Positions 56,584-64,000 of a stretch of 64,000 bases of DNA are shown here, piece by piece. Positions within the stretch are counted from its first letter, which is position 1; every line of letters begins with the position of its first letter. A program made the position numbers and the translations under genes. The notes beneath the pieces were generated by a model, which was not told where the DNA came from, did no database searches, and saw only the letters and a program-made list of their open reading frames with translations. The stretch comes from a virus. Its lineage: Duplodnaviria; Caudoviricetes. The stretch is from IMG/VR virus record IMGVR_UViG_3300037010_001838. One strand, 5' to 3'.

Positions 56584-56979
56584 ATGAAACATTATGGTAT
56601 TGAAATTGCTGAAGGGGCAGACGTCGTCAATTTAACGATTGACCACAATTCATCTTTCCCTGGAACACCAAATGTTGGGGAATTATTTTTCAAGACGGGA
56701 AGCGGTGCTGGATTATATTTACACGACGGAACAAACTGGAATCAAGTCGTTTCAGGAAATACTACTGGATTTGTGGGGACCGTAACAACACTTTCTTCTT
56801 CATGGTCTATTAATCATAATTTAAACAACTCAAACTTACAATTTACGGTATATGTAGACGATGGGGCTTCTCAAGTAATAATTTCCCCCTTATCAATTAC
56901 TGTAATAGACGCTAACAACATTCAAATTGATTTCACTAAAACTTATACAGGAAAAGTTGTTATTATTGCAGTTCTATAG
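56584..56979 (+). CDS. virion structural protein (tentative)
   Basis: WSINHNLNN...VYVDD module seen in fibre/baseplate proteins; TAAATA upstream. Confidence 0.55.
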   Translation: MKHYGIEIAEGADVVNLTIDHNSSFPGTPNVGELFFKTGSGAGLYLHDGTNWNQVVSGNTTGFVGTVTTLSSSWSINHNLNNSNLQFTVYVDDGASQVIISPLSITVIDANNIQIDFTKTYTGKVVIIAVL

Positions 56980-56987
56980 GAAATATT

Positions 56988-57323
56988 ATGATAACAGAAA
57001 GCATAAAAAAGATGAACTTATTGAAACTTGCTGGAAGCATGTTAGTTTCAGTGGTGGGTATTTTCGTAGCTGTTAATACAGTGGATGATAGATATGCTCA
57101 TGCAACTGACGTCAACAAACAATTCCAACAAGAAGATCAAAAGCAGATCGAAATCCAAAAACAAGTAAGGTCCGTAGGAATTGAGATGAGACGGAAACAA
57201 CTTGACGACTACATTTTCACATATGAATATAAAGTTCAAACTAAACAAGCTACTCCACTTGACAAAGCATTGTTGGATAGATATAAACGTGAAATGCAAA
57301 CTCTTCCAATTCCTCAAAATTAA
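56988..57323 (+). CDS. membrane-anchored coiled-coil protein
   Basis: single transmembrane segment followed by a Gln-rich helix. Confidence 0.55.
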   Translation: MITESIKKMNLLKLAGSMLVSVVGIFVAVNTVDDRYAHATDVNKQFQQEDQKQIEIQKQVRSVGIEMRRKQLDDYIFTYEYKVQTKQATPLDKALLDRYKREMQTLPIPQN

Positions 57324-57368
57324 CTGTTGATCTTTCCCCCAAAAAGGGCTACTATAAATAGATATTAT

Positions 57369-57459
57369 GGTGAATAATCCCTTGTGGTCTTGGGGGGCTG
57401 TTTCGAAAACAGATCGATCTTGAAAAACAGGTTGGGGTTCAATTCCTCTATTCACCGCC
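57369..57459 (+). tRNA. tRNA-Ser(CGA)
   Basis: loop TT-CGA-AA, long V arm, G73; TATAAATA at 57353. Confidence 0.85.
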
Positions 57460-57495
57460 CTCCGGAACAACTTTATTTAATATTGGAGAAGTAAA

Positions 57496-58071
57496 TTGAG
57501 CGCACCGTTGATCTTAACTTTAGACACATCAGGAATGCCGCGACAGTGGGTTACGTGGCAAGATGCAATTGTTTATCATGCAAAAGGTCTTGTTGCTTGG
57601 CAACATGGCCAGAGTGACTATACCTTTATGGGTGGAACTTCACGTATGACAGGAGAACGTTCCAAAATTTCAACACAAAGCATCATTGCTGTTGATGGTA
57701 TGGACGTTGGGAAAACATGGAAAAGAGTTGCAAAGGAACCACCATTGTCAAGTAAATTAATTTTTCGTCGAGATCGCCACATCTGTGCGTACTGTGGACG
57801 TCCTTTCTCGGAAGATAGTTTAACTCGTGACCACATCATCCCCCAACGGATGCATGGAAAAGACACGTGGATGAATTTGGTATCCGCTTGCAAAAGTTGT
57901 AATCATAGGAAGGCTGACAGAACTCCTCAAGGTGCAAACATGGAATTGTTGTATGTTCCATATGTCCCCGTAAAGAGTGAATTTTTGATTCTTGCAAACA
58001 GAAAGATTCTGGCTGACCAAATGGAATATTTAATGCAGAATGTTCCAGAAACCAGTAGACTGCATAGTTAA
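57496..58071 (+). CDS. HNH endonuclease (McrA-like)
   Basis: RDRHICAYCG, TRDHIIP, NLVSACKSCNHRKAD. Confidence 0.9.
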   Translation: MSAPLILTLDTSGMPRQWVTWQDAIVYHAKGLVAWQHGQSDYTFMGGTSRMTGERSKISTQSIIAVDGMDVGKTWKRVAKEPPLSSKLIFRRDRHICAYCGRPFSEDSLTRDHIIPQRMHGKDTWMNLVSACKSCNHRKADRTPQGANMELLYVPYVPVKSEFLILANRKILADQMEYLMQNVPETSRLHS

Positions 58072-58096
58072 AAGGGGGGCCTAGGCCCCCCTTTTA

Positions 58097-59089
58097 TTAA
58101 CTCAACCCAACACCTGACTTCAGAGATTTATTAATAAATCCTACCGCGAAGTTAGCATTCAGTGCTTCAAAGTGACATAATCCTACTGAAAAATCCACGA
58201 TTCTTGGTTCATCGTTGAGACCTTTCCAGAACTTTCTCAACAAATCTTCAATAAACCCGATTGCGTCATTACTACCAACCATTTGAGCCATACTAAATTC
58301 ACCAACACGAGTTACAATACCCGATAATACTTCTGATGGCTGAATTTTACGACAAAGATCAACAATATCTTCAATCCACAATAAATCATTACAATATGGA
58401 TCAAATTCAATCTTAATAGTTGCTTCACTTCGTTGTGAATGAGAAATTGCTGGTGTATCCAGTTGTTCACGAGAATAACGTGCCAATTCATATGAACACG
58501 GACAGGCACTGTTATATGTGTAAACGATAGTTATGTATGTTTTCAGTACACCGTCAACGTCTTGAATTTCGAATTCAGTTGGATAGTATAACCAACCGGA
58601 ATGTTCTTCACGCCAGTGTTTCTGTTTATATGGATAATCAAAGCGAACTTTCAAATATCCTTCAACTGCTGGTAACTTTTCCTTATAATCTTCGACGACT
58701 TTAATCAAATCAAGTAATTCAATACTTCCTTTCCCGTCTACGTGGTCATAAAAACAACGTGCTAACCGTGACATATTAATACCCCGAGCATGAACATCGT
58801 CTAATGATACGTAAGCACTTATATCACCCTTAACAGTAATAACATCTCCAGCACGACGCTTAACGTTTAGTGGAAGCACCAAACTCTTAATTCCAACTTT
58901 TGGAATCCTAACTTGGGCGTGTTCATTAAAATGTAAATTTTGTGGATCTGGAATATCATCTTTTGTAACTTTTAAATCCCAATCAAACGATTTAAGTTGC
59001 GACTTTTGATGTTGAATATCTGAAAGATTGTTTTCAGTTGATGAATCCACACAATTACCACAGCATCCTGTTCCTTCGCTACATGACAT
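58097..59089 (-). CDS. folE2: GTP cyclohydrolase I type B
   Basis: RGINMSR, SACPCS, SHSQRS, HFEALN. Confidence 0.9.
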   Translation of the reverse strand: MSCSEGTGCCGNCVDSSTENNLSDIQHQKSQLKSFDWDLKVTKDDIPDPQNLHFNEHAQVRIPKVGIKSLVLPLNVKRRAGDVITVKGDISAYVSLDDVHARGINMSRLARCFYDHVDGKGSIELLDLIKVVEDYKEKLPAVEGYLKVRFDYPYKQKHWREEHSGWLYYPTEFEIQDVDGVLKTYITIVYTYNSACPCSYELARYSREQLDTPAISHSQRSEATIKIEFDPYCNDLLWIEDIVDLCRKIQPSEVLSGIVTRVGEFSMAQMVGSNDAIGFIEDLLRKFWKGLNDEPRIVDFSVGLCHFEALNANFAVGFINKSLKSGVGLS

Positions 59090-59102
59090 ATATTTCTCCT
59101 TA

Positions 59103-59714
59103 TTATTTTGTCTTATTTTTCCAATTATATTCACTTTGTGTTGCAATTATATTAATACGTTCTTCCAAATCTGGTGTTTGAATGGTGTTGATCTTACTAT
59201 TCATCGTCATCTGTTGAGTATAATCTAACATAACCAAATCAACCATTCGACTGTAATGTTTACCTGCCCCACGAACCCCATCGCTTACAACATTAAAATA
59301 TCCTGCACGTAAGTAATAAACATGCTCGTAATGTTGTTGAAATAACATACATCTTTTGTAATACTCATTTAACCAGTCTGAATATTTGTTGTCTTTTCCC
59401 AAAGAAATAAGCGCATATGTAAATAAATCCGCATACGTCCGTTCTCCATAATACAACTGGGAAGAATTAACTGCATCACATTCGTCGTTATATTTACGAA
59501 GAATAATCTCGTCTTGAAATTTAAGCGTAAGATCAGGGTTGTTATTAACTTCTTCTAGAGTGACATTCCATTCAGAGAGAATAGACCGCGAAGTTTTTCT
59601 ATCAATCGTTTTTGCGTGAACATATTCTTGTCCATCATGGAACTCTCGTTTCACTAACTCATTAATAATGGTAGATTTACCACTACCTTGACTCCCGGAA
59701 ATAGCAATTAGCAT
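59103..59714 (-). CDS. P-loop dNMP kinase-like protein
   Basis: ISGSQGSGKST, ERT..D. Confidence 0.75.
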   Translation of the reverse strand: MLIAISGSQGSGKSTIINELVKREFHDGQEYVHAKTIDRKTSRSILSEWNVTLEEVNNNPDLTLKFQDEIILRKYNDECDAVNSSQLYYGERTYADLFTYALISLGKDNKYSDWLNEYYKRCMLFQQHYEHVYYLRAGYFNVVSDGVRGAGKHYSRMVDLVMLDYTQQMTMNSKINTIQTPDLEERINIIATQSEYNWKNKTK

Positions 59715-60103
59715 TATTCCACCTCTACTAATTCTTCTTTTATTTCAGCTAACTTTTTTTCAACAGCAGCTTGTTTTTGAACTCTGAATCGTTCATAGAA
59801 TGATAATGCTTGTTCGATTATTGGTGTAATGTGTTGAATTTTCTTTGAAAAATACTTTCGTTTAGCTGACGTCTTCGCTTCACTGAACTTTGATCTATAT
59901 TCGACAACTTGTTTAAGCATTGACATTATTTCAGTTTCAACTTGTTCTTCAACTGTTAACTTATCTGTTGTTTCCACAGATTCTTGAATGGAATCGCTTA
60001 TTAATTCATAGGAAAACTCATCATTTTCAATGATAGAAGGTTTATCATTCATGTTTTGCCTCTTCAAAATATAACATATATTATACAATAAAGACAAAAA
60101 CAA
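59714..60103 (-). CDS. hypothetical protein
   Basis: 129-aa ORF; start may be downstream. Confidence 0.55.
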   Translation of the reverse strand: MFLSLLYNICYILKRQNMNDKPSIIENDEFSYELISDSIQESVETTDKLTVEEQVETEIMSMLKQVVEYRSKFSEAKTSAKRKYFSKKIQHITPIIEQALSFYERFRVQKQAAVEKKLAEIKEELVEVE

Positions 60104-60111
60104 ATCTACGA

Positions 60112-60642
60112 TTAATTTGGTAATCCTTCAATTTTTATCATCTGAACGTTTCCAGAAGTCCACAAAGAATATGTTTGTGTTCCATCTTCTGATGCTGTAT
60201 TATCAATTGGAATATCTGTTCCGGCCAGTATATTTTTTCGAATTTTAAATTCATCTGTTCGTTGGTCACCAATCTTATATACCCACAATTCTGAAAAAGT
60301 TCCATCTTCTGACTCACGTTTATACACCAGGTGAGCACCTTTAACAACACGGATGGCTCCCTGTCTATTAGGATCTTGTTCATCTACTGTCGTTTGTTGT
60401 GGGTCCATCTGATCTTGATCTTCAGTATTTTCTACATCTAACTGTAATAAATCATCATCTTCTTCATTGTCTTCGTCTGGTAATGTTGAAGATATAGAAC
60501 CACCCACAACATCACCAATCTGTTGTTTATTGTGTGGATTATTATAACCAGCATAATAACCAGAACCAGCGTTTGCTTGATTTCGATTAATAGGATTAGT
60601 AATAGAATTTTTGCTCAAATAGTCTTTAAAGGTTAGAGGCAT
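60112..60642 (-). CDS. hypothetical late/virion protein
   Basis: acidic linker; LTFKDYL start motif. Confidence 0.6.
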   Translation of the reverse strand: MPLTFKDYLSKNSITNPINRNQANAGSGYYAGYNNPHNKQQIGDVVGGSISSTLPDEDNEEDDDLLQLDVENTEDQDQMDPQQTTVDEQDPNRQGAIRVVKGAHLVYKRESEDGTFSELWVYKIGDQRTDEFKIRKNILAGTDIPIDNTASEDGTQTYSLWTSGNVQMIKIEGLPN

Positions 60643-60730
60643 ATTTTTTCTTTTCAATTTATTATATTTATTTATCACTATTCGTTCCTACACTATAAAT
60701 AACCCGTGAAGAACAATTACAGAGAACAAC

Positions 60731-61132
60731 ATGATAGTAGAAACACATCCAGAAGAGTATAACGGTTATTCATTTATCACACTGATTCAGTTTAACGAAA
60801 AACATTTATTAACAATAATCGACAATTGTGACAAAAAAACAATAAAAGCATATGTATTGGACTTTTGTGAAGTAGCAAACGTAGATGAAATTGAAATTAT
60901 TAATGTTGCAAATGAGTGGTGGAATAGTAAAAATCCTCCATATCCAGTATCAATAGAGTTTGCAAAAAAAGGATTAACATCCGAAGCATCCAAAATATAT
61001 CGTTCGTATGCTGTGGATTCCGTGTCCCGGGTTATTGGCCCAATTCCTTCCTTTGATATGGATAATATTCAAAAGATTCGTAGGAAACGACGAGTTTCCC
61101 CAAGTAACATTATTACCTTTCGAGCAACATAA
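60731..61132 (+). CDS. conserved phage hypothetical protein
   Basis: TATAAATA at 60694; ANEWWNS..PVSI motif. Confidence 0.65.
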   Translation: MIVETHPEEYNGYSFITLIQFNEKHLLTIIDNCDKKTIKAYVLDFCEVANVDEIEIINVANEWWNSKNPPYPVSIEFAKKGLTSEASKIYRSYAVDSVSRVIGPIPSFDMDNIQKIRRKRRVSPSNIITFRAT

Positions 61133-61502
61133 GATAATTTTTAAACGAAATGTGAAAAGTTTCGTTTGACAGTTGTTGATTTTGAGGAGAAGCAGATTCT
61201 TTAGTGGTGGAAGGAGTTTCTCCTTTTGCATATTGTTTACCTATATCTGTAAGTTGTCCTGTTTCATCCAAAATGCCTTCCTCTTGCATTAGAACTATTG
61301 CTGTATCTGTAAGATTCATTAATTCGGTTTCTGTATCAAATGTAATTAAATTAAGTTTCAATAAAAATTCTTTTGCACTACTCAATTTATCACTATCAAT
61401 ATGAATTTTTTTTCCACCATTAGGGGATTCTGGTGCATTTGCTATTTTAGCAAGTAGCATTTTTTGGTGATTGGTTAAGTTAACCGTTGGCATGACACGC
61501 AT
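61113..61502 (-). CDS. hypothetical protein
   Basis: GGAG RBS, TATAAATA on the minus strand at the IS junction. Confidence 0.55.
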   Translation of the reverse strand: MRVMPTVNLTNHQKMLLAKIANAPESPNGGKKIHIDSDKLSSAKEFLLKLNLITFDTETELMNLTDTAIVLMQEEGILDETGQLTDIGKQYAKGETPSTTKESASPQNQQLSNETFHISFKNYLMLLER

Positions 61503-61536
61503 TATATTCTCCAAGATTTAATATATTTATACTGAA

Positions 61537-62736
61537 CTACCACTTGTCCAAAGAACAAGTGGGGTCACCCAATGGCAACGCAATTCCTGTTTCATTGATA
61601 TTAGAATCAATATCTCTGCAGGCGTAAATTCGGCTAGTTCCCAGCCTATATAATTCAGATAACCCAAATGAACGAATATTAACAGCTGCATTAATGTCTC
61701 TATCGTGTTTAACGCCACATTCACAATCCCACTCTCTATCGTTCAGAGTTAGATTGTTGTTAAGCGTTCCGCACGATGAACACATTTTAGAACTAGGGGA
61801 GTATCTATCAATTTCAACTAATATTCCACCGGTTTCAGCTAATTTATGTTGGAGTTTTGTTTTAAATAACCCCCAACTAGCGGAACTGATTGATTTAGCC
61901 AATTTCCTGTTCTGAACCATGCCTTTAATATTCAGGTCTTCCATGCAAACAACTTGATAGTTTTTGGTTATCGAACTAACAAGTTTCCATTGGAAGTCTT
62001 TTCTTTGATTTGCCACATGTCTATGTAGCTTATTTAATTTCTTCTTTGCTTTTGTTCTATTTGAGCTACCTTTCACCTTTTTTGAGAGCGATTTCTGTTT
62101 GTGTTTTAACAGCTTTTCGCTCTTTTGAAGGTGTTTTGGGTTTGAATATTTAACACCTGTGTTAAGAACAGCAAAATCTTTGATTCCGACATCAATGCCA
62201 ATAACTTCTTGTTCTGTAAAGATATTTCTAACTGGAACGTCGGGTAATTCGCAGGTAATATATCCAAACCACTTATCATCGACGCATTTAACTACTATTC
62301 GTTTTGCTTTTCCCTCAAATTCTCGCTGTTTGTTGTATTTAATTCGACCAATTTTAGGTAATTTAATGCTTCTATTGCAAATATTAAAGTGTTGTGGCAC
62401 CGCAAATGTAGCAACTGATGTGTGTTTGCTTTTAAATTTAGGAAATCCCACTGCTTTCTTATTTTTAATTTTTCTGGTGATTGCGTTGTTTAAATTAATC
62501 ACTTGTTCTTGTAGAGATTGGCTGTTTGTCTCACTTAGCCAAGGATATGTTGCCTTCAGCTCAGGCAATAACTTGCTCATTTCAAAACGAAACACAAACT
62601 GCTTGTCAGCCTCATATTTCTTAATATTTAAATCAAGCATTTGGTTCCATAACCAACGAACAGAACCACAGTGTTGTTTGAACAACACAATTTGATCTTC
62701 ATTTGGTAACAATTGAACCTCAAAGGTTTTGATCAT
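61537..62736 (-). CDS. tnpB: TnpB RNA-guided nuclease
   Basis: HTH start, RuvC GIDVG / MEDL / DRDINAAVNI, Zn finger CSSCG..CECG. Confidence 0.95.
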   Translation of the reverse strand: MIKTFEVQLLPNEDQIVLFKQHCGSVRWLWNQMLDLNIKKYEADKQFVFRFEMSKLLPELKATYPWLSETNSQSLQEQVINLNNAITRKIKNKKAVGFPKFKSKHTSVATFAVPQHFNICNRSIKLPKIGRIKYNKQREFEGKAKRIVVKCVDDKWFGYITCELPDVPVRNIFTEQEVIGIDVGIKDFAVLNTGVKYSNPKHLQKSEKLLKHKQKSLSKKVKGSSNRTKAKKKLNKLHRHVANQRKDFQWKLVSSITKNYQVVCMEDLNIKGMVQNRKLAKSISSASWGLFKTKLQHKLAETGGILVEIDRYSPSSKMCSSCGTLNNNLTLNDREWDCECGVKHDRDINAAVNIRSFGLSELYRLGTSRIYACRDIDSNINETGIALPLGDPTCSLDKW

Positions 62737-62796
62737 AAATATTTAGCACAAGTGAATTAATTTCATATAGAGGTATTTACGCTAGATCATTCGAAG

Positions 62797-63207
62797 TTGT
62801 CCAGTAACTACAAAAGAGGTAGTCATTACAAGCATCATTTATCTATCCACTTGATTTTAACAGTAAAATATAGAAGGGATATCTTGAAGCACGTTGGTGC
62901 TGAGTTGATTGAAAAGATAAATGATATAGCAACAACGCAAAACTTTAAGGTAAAACAAGCACAACATGATAACAACCACATTCATCTACTGATTGATTTT
63001 GACCCAAAAGTATCTGTCTCCTCAATTTGTCGCAAAATCAAAGCAGAAACCACAATATGGGTTTGGGCTACACATGAGGGAACTTGTCGTAAATATTTTT
63101 GGAAACCAGGTAGAAAATTATTGTGGGCAGATGGGTATTTTGTCTGCACGACTGGAGATGCAAGTCGCGAAAAGCTGGTTGAATATGTTGCAAATCAGGG
63201 CAAATAG
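62797..63207 (+). CDS. tnpA: IS200-type Y1 (HUH) transposase
   Basis: HLILTVKYRR, NHIHLL, LWADGYFV, YVANQ. Confidence 0.92.
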   Translation: MSSNYKRGSHYKHHLSIHLILTVKYRRDILKHVGAELIEKINDIATTQNFKVKQAQHDNNHIHLLIDFDPKVSVSSICRKIKAETTIWVWATHEGTCRKYFWKPGRKLLWADGYFVCTTGDASREKLVEYVANQGK

Positions 63208-63257
63208 CTCCTTTTCATCCATTTGTCTAAAGAACAAGTGGGATTCAGTAGATCTAA

Positions 63258-63842
63258 CTAAATTTCAATTCCTACGTTTATTAAATGGAGTTGGAGTACA
63301 ATATTGTGGGCGTAAGCAACAGAATGACTTCTTTTAAACCAAATGGCATTCTTTTTGGTTGGTGTTTTATACAACTCATCGCGAACAATATCTCTGTCTT
63401 TAATATAATCTTCTAACAAGTATTTTTTCCCAGGACGAATTAAAGCGAGAACGTCAGCCAACTCTTGGATGGACCTTGGGGCAATTCTAGAAACAACATC
63501 ATAGTGGTTCGATAAGTGAAACAGTTTACTAACAACAGATGGAATCTTCAATAAATCCCAATTTGGTTCTTTTTTCAATAACACTCTAATTTCATTCTTG
63601 TTTTCAAAATAATCAAGTAATGACAGGTGCAAGAAATCAACTTTAAAATATCCCAAGTCTTCAGCATCTTTATATGGTATAGCTGATAAACCTGTTACTT
63701 TATCTTTCGGAATTTCTTGGAAATACGTTCCAACTGGATGTCGTACAAGTTCTTCATTTTTTACCATAGAAGCAGCAACAGAAGTTTTAAAAACACTCTG
63801 TGCGTCGAATGAGGTTTGAGTATCAATATCAATATCAGGCAT
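63258..63842 (-). CDS. DNA polymerase III alpha (DnaE)-like fragment
   Basis: starts MPDIDID; HPVG.Y, GYFKVDFL, LALIRPG, FKRSHSVAY. Confidence 0.8.
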   Translation of the reverse strand: MPDIDIDTQTSFDAQSVFKTSVAASMVKNEELVRHPVGTYFQEIPKDKVTGLSAIPYKDAEDLGYFKVDFLHLSLLDYFENKNEIRVLLKKEPNWDLLKIPSVVSKLFHLSNHYDVVSRIAPRSIQELADVLALIRPGKKYLLEDYIKDRDIVRDELYKTPTKKNAIWFKRSHSVAYAHNIVLQLHLINVGIEI

Positions 63843-64000
63843 ATTTTAATTATACCTAATATTGAAAAAATTGTCAAGAAAGACTATCTAATTGTAAAAA
63901 TATGTTTTGTATAACATTATCGACACATTCTTTAGTTTCACAAACAAAAATTTTGCTATACGCTTGTTTTCTAATTTTTTCTGTTTGTGCAGCTATATTT

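Larger units (their letters stand above)
61533..63257. mobile_element. IS200/IS605-family element with divergent tnpA and tnpB
   Basis: near-identical subterminal hairpins at 61540-61562 and 63219-63241; right end ...GTAGTTCA on the minus strand; left boundary approximate. Confidence 0.85.

Noticed and set aside
1-64000. Genome-wide TAG reassignment (alternative genetic code)
   Set aside because: Long conserved ORFs are uninterrupted in code 11, and TAG terminates several genes at their expected ends.
1-64000. CRISPR array
   Set aside because: No regularly spaced repeats with unique spacers; the repeats found are tRNA motifs, promoters and two duplications.

Overview
This is a 64-kb, AT-rich accessory segment of a large T4-like (jumbo) phage genome. 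Supporting signs are TATAAATA late promoters, rIIA/rIIB-like genes, a tail-fibre-like gene and a DnaE fragment. The host is probably proteobacterial, judging from bS21 and Prs. The window holds about 40 tRNA or tRNA-like genes in several clusters and a ~1-kb ornate ncRNA candidate. It also has a TROVE/vWA gene with a family of short stem-ACAGCAA RNAs, tRNA-repair-type enzymes, 7-deazaguanine pathway genes (queE, queD-like, folE2, TGT-like), prs, a phosphoribosyltransferase, homing endonucleases and an IS605 element. The main finding is three tRNA clusters (from 18.3, 31.8 and 37.9 kb) that each follow the same cassette. The cassette is a sigma70 promoter with a palindromic operator, then a 31-33 codon leader ORF, then mutually exclusive antiterminator/terminator hairpins, then an rrn-type boxA. 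The codons in each leader match the anticodons of its own downstream tRNAs (Phe/Thr/Pro/Glu/Ala/Trp/His/Met; Gln/Arg/Ser/Ile/Asp/Val; Asn/Val/Lys). This suggests ribosome-mediated attenuation that supplies phage tRNAs when those tRNA species run short. All annotation is by eye from motifs; no database searches were run.
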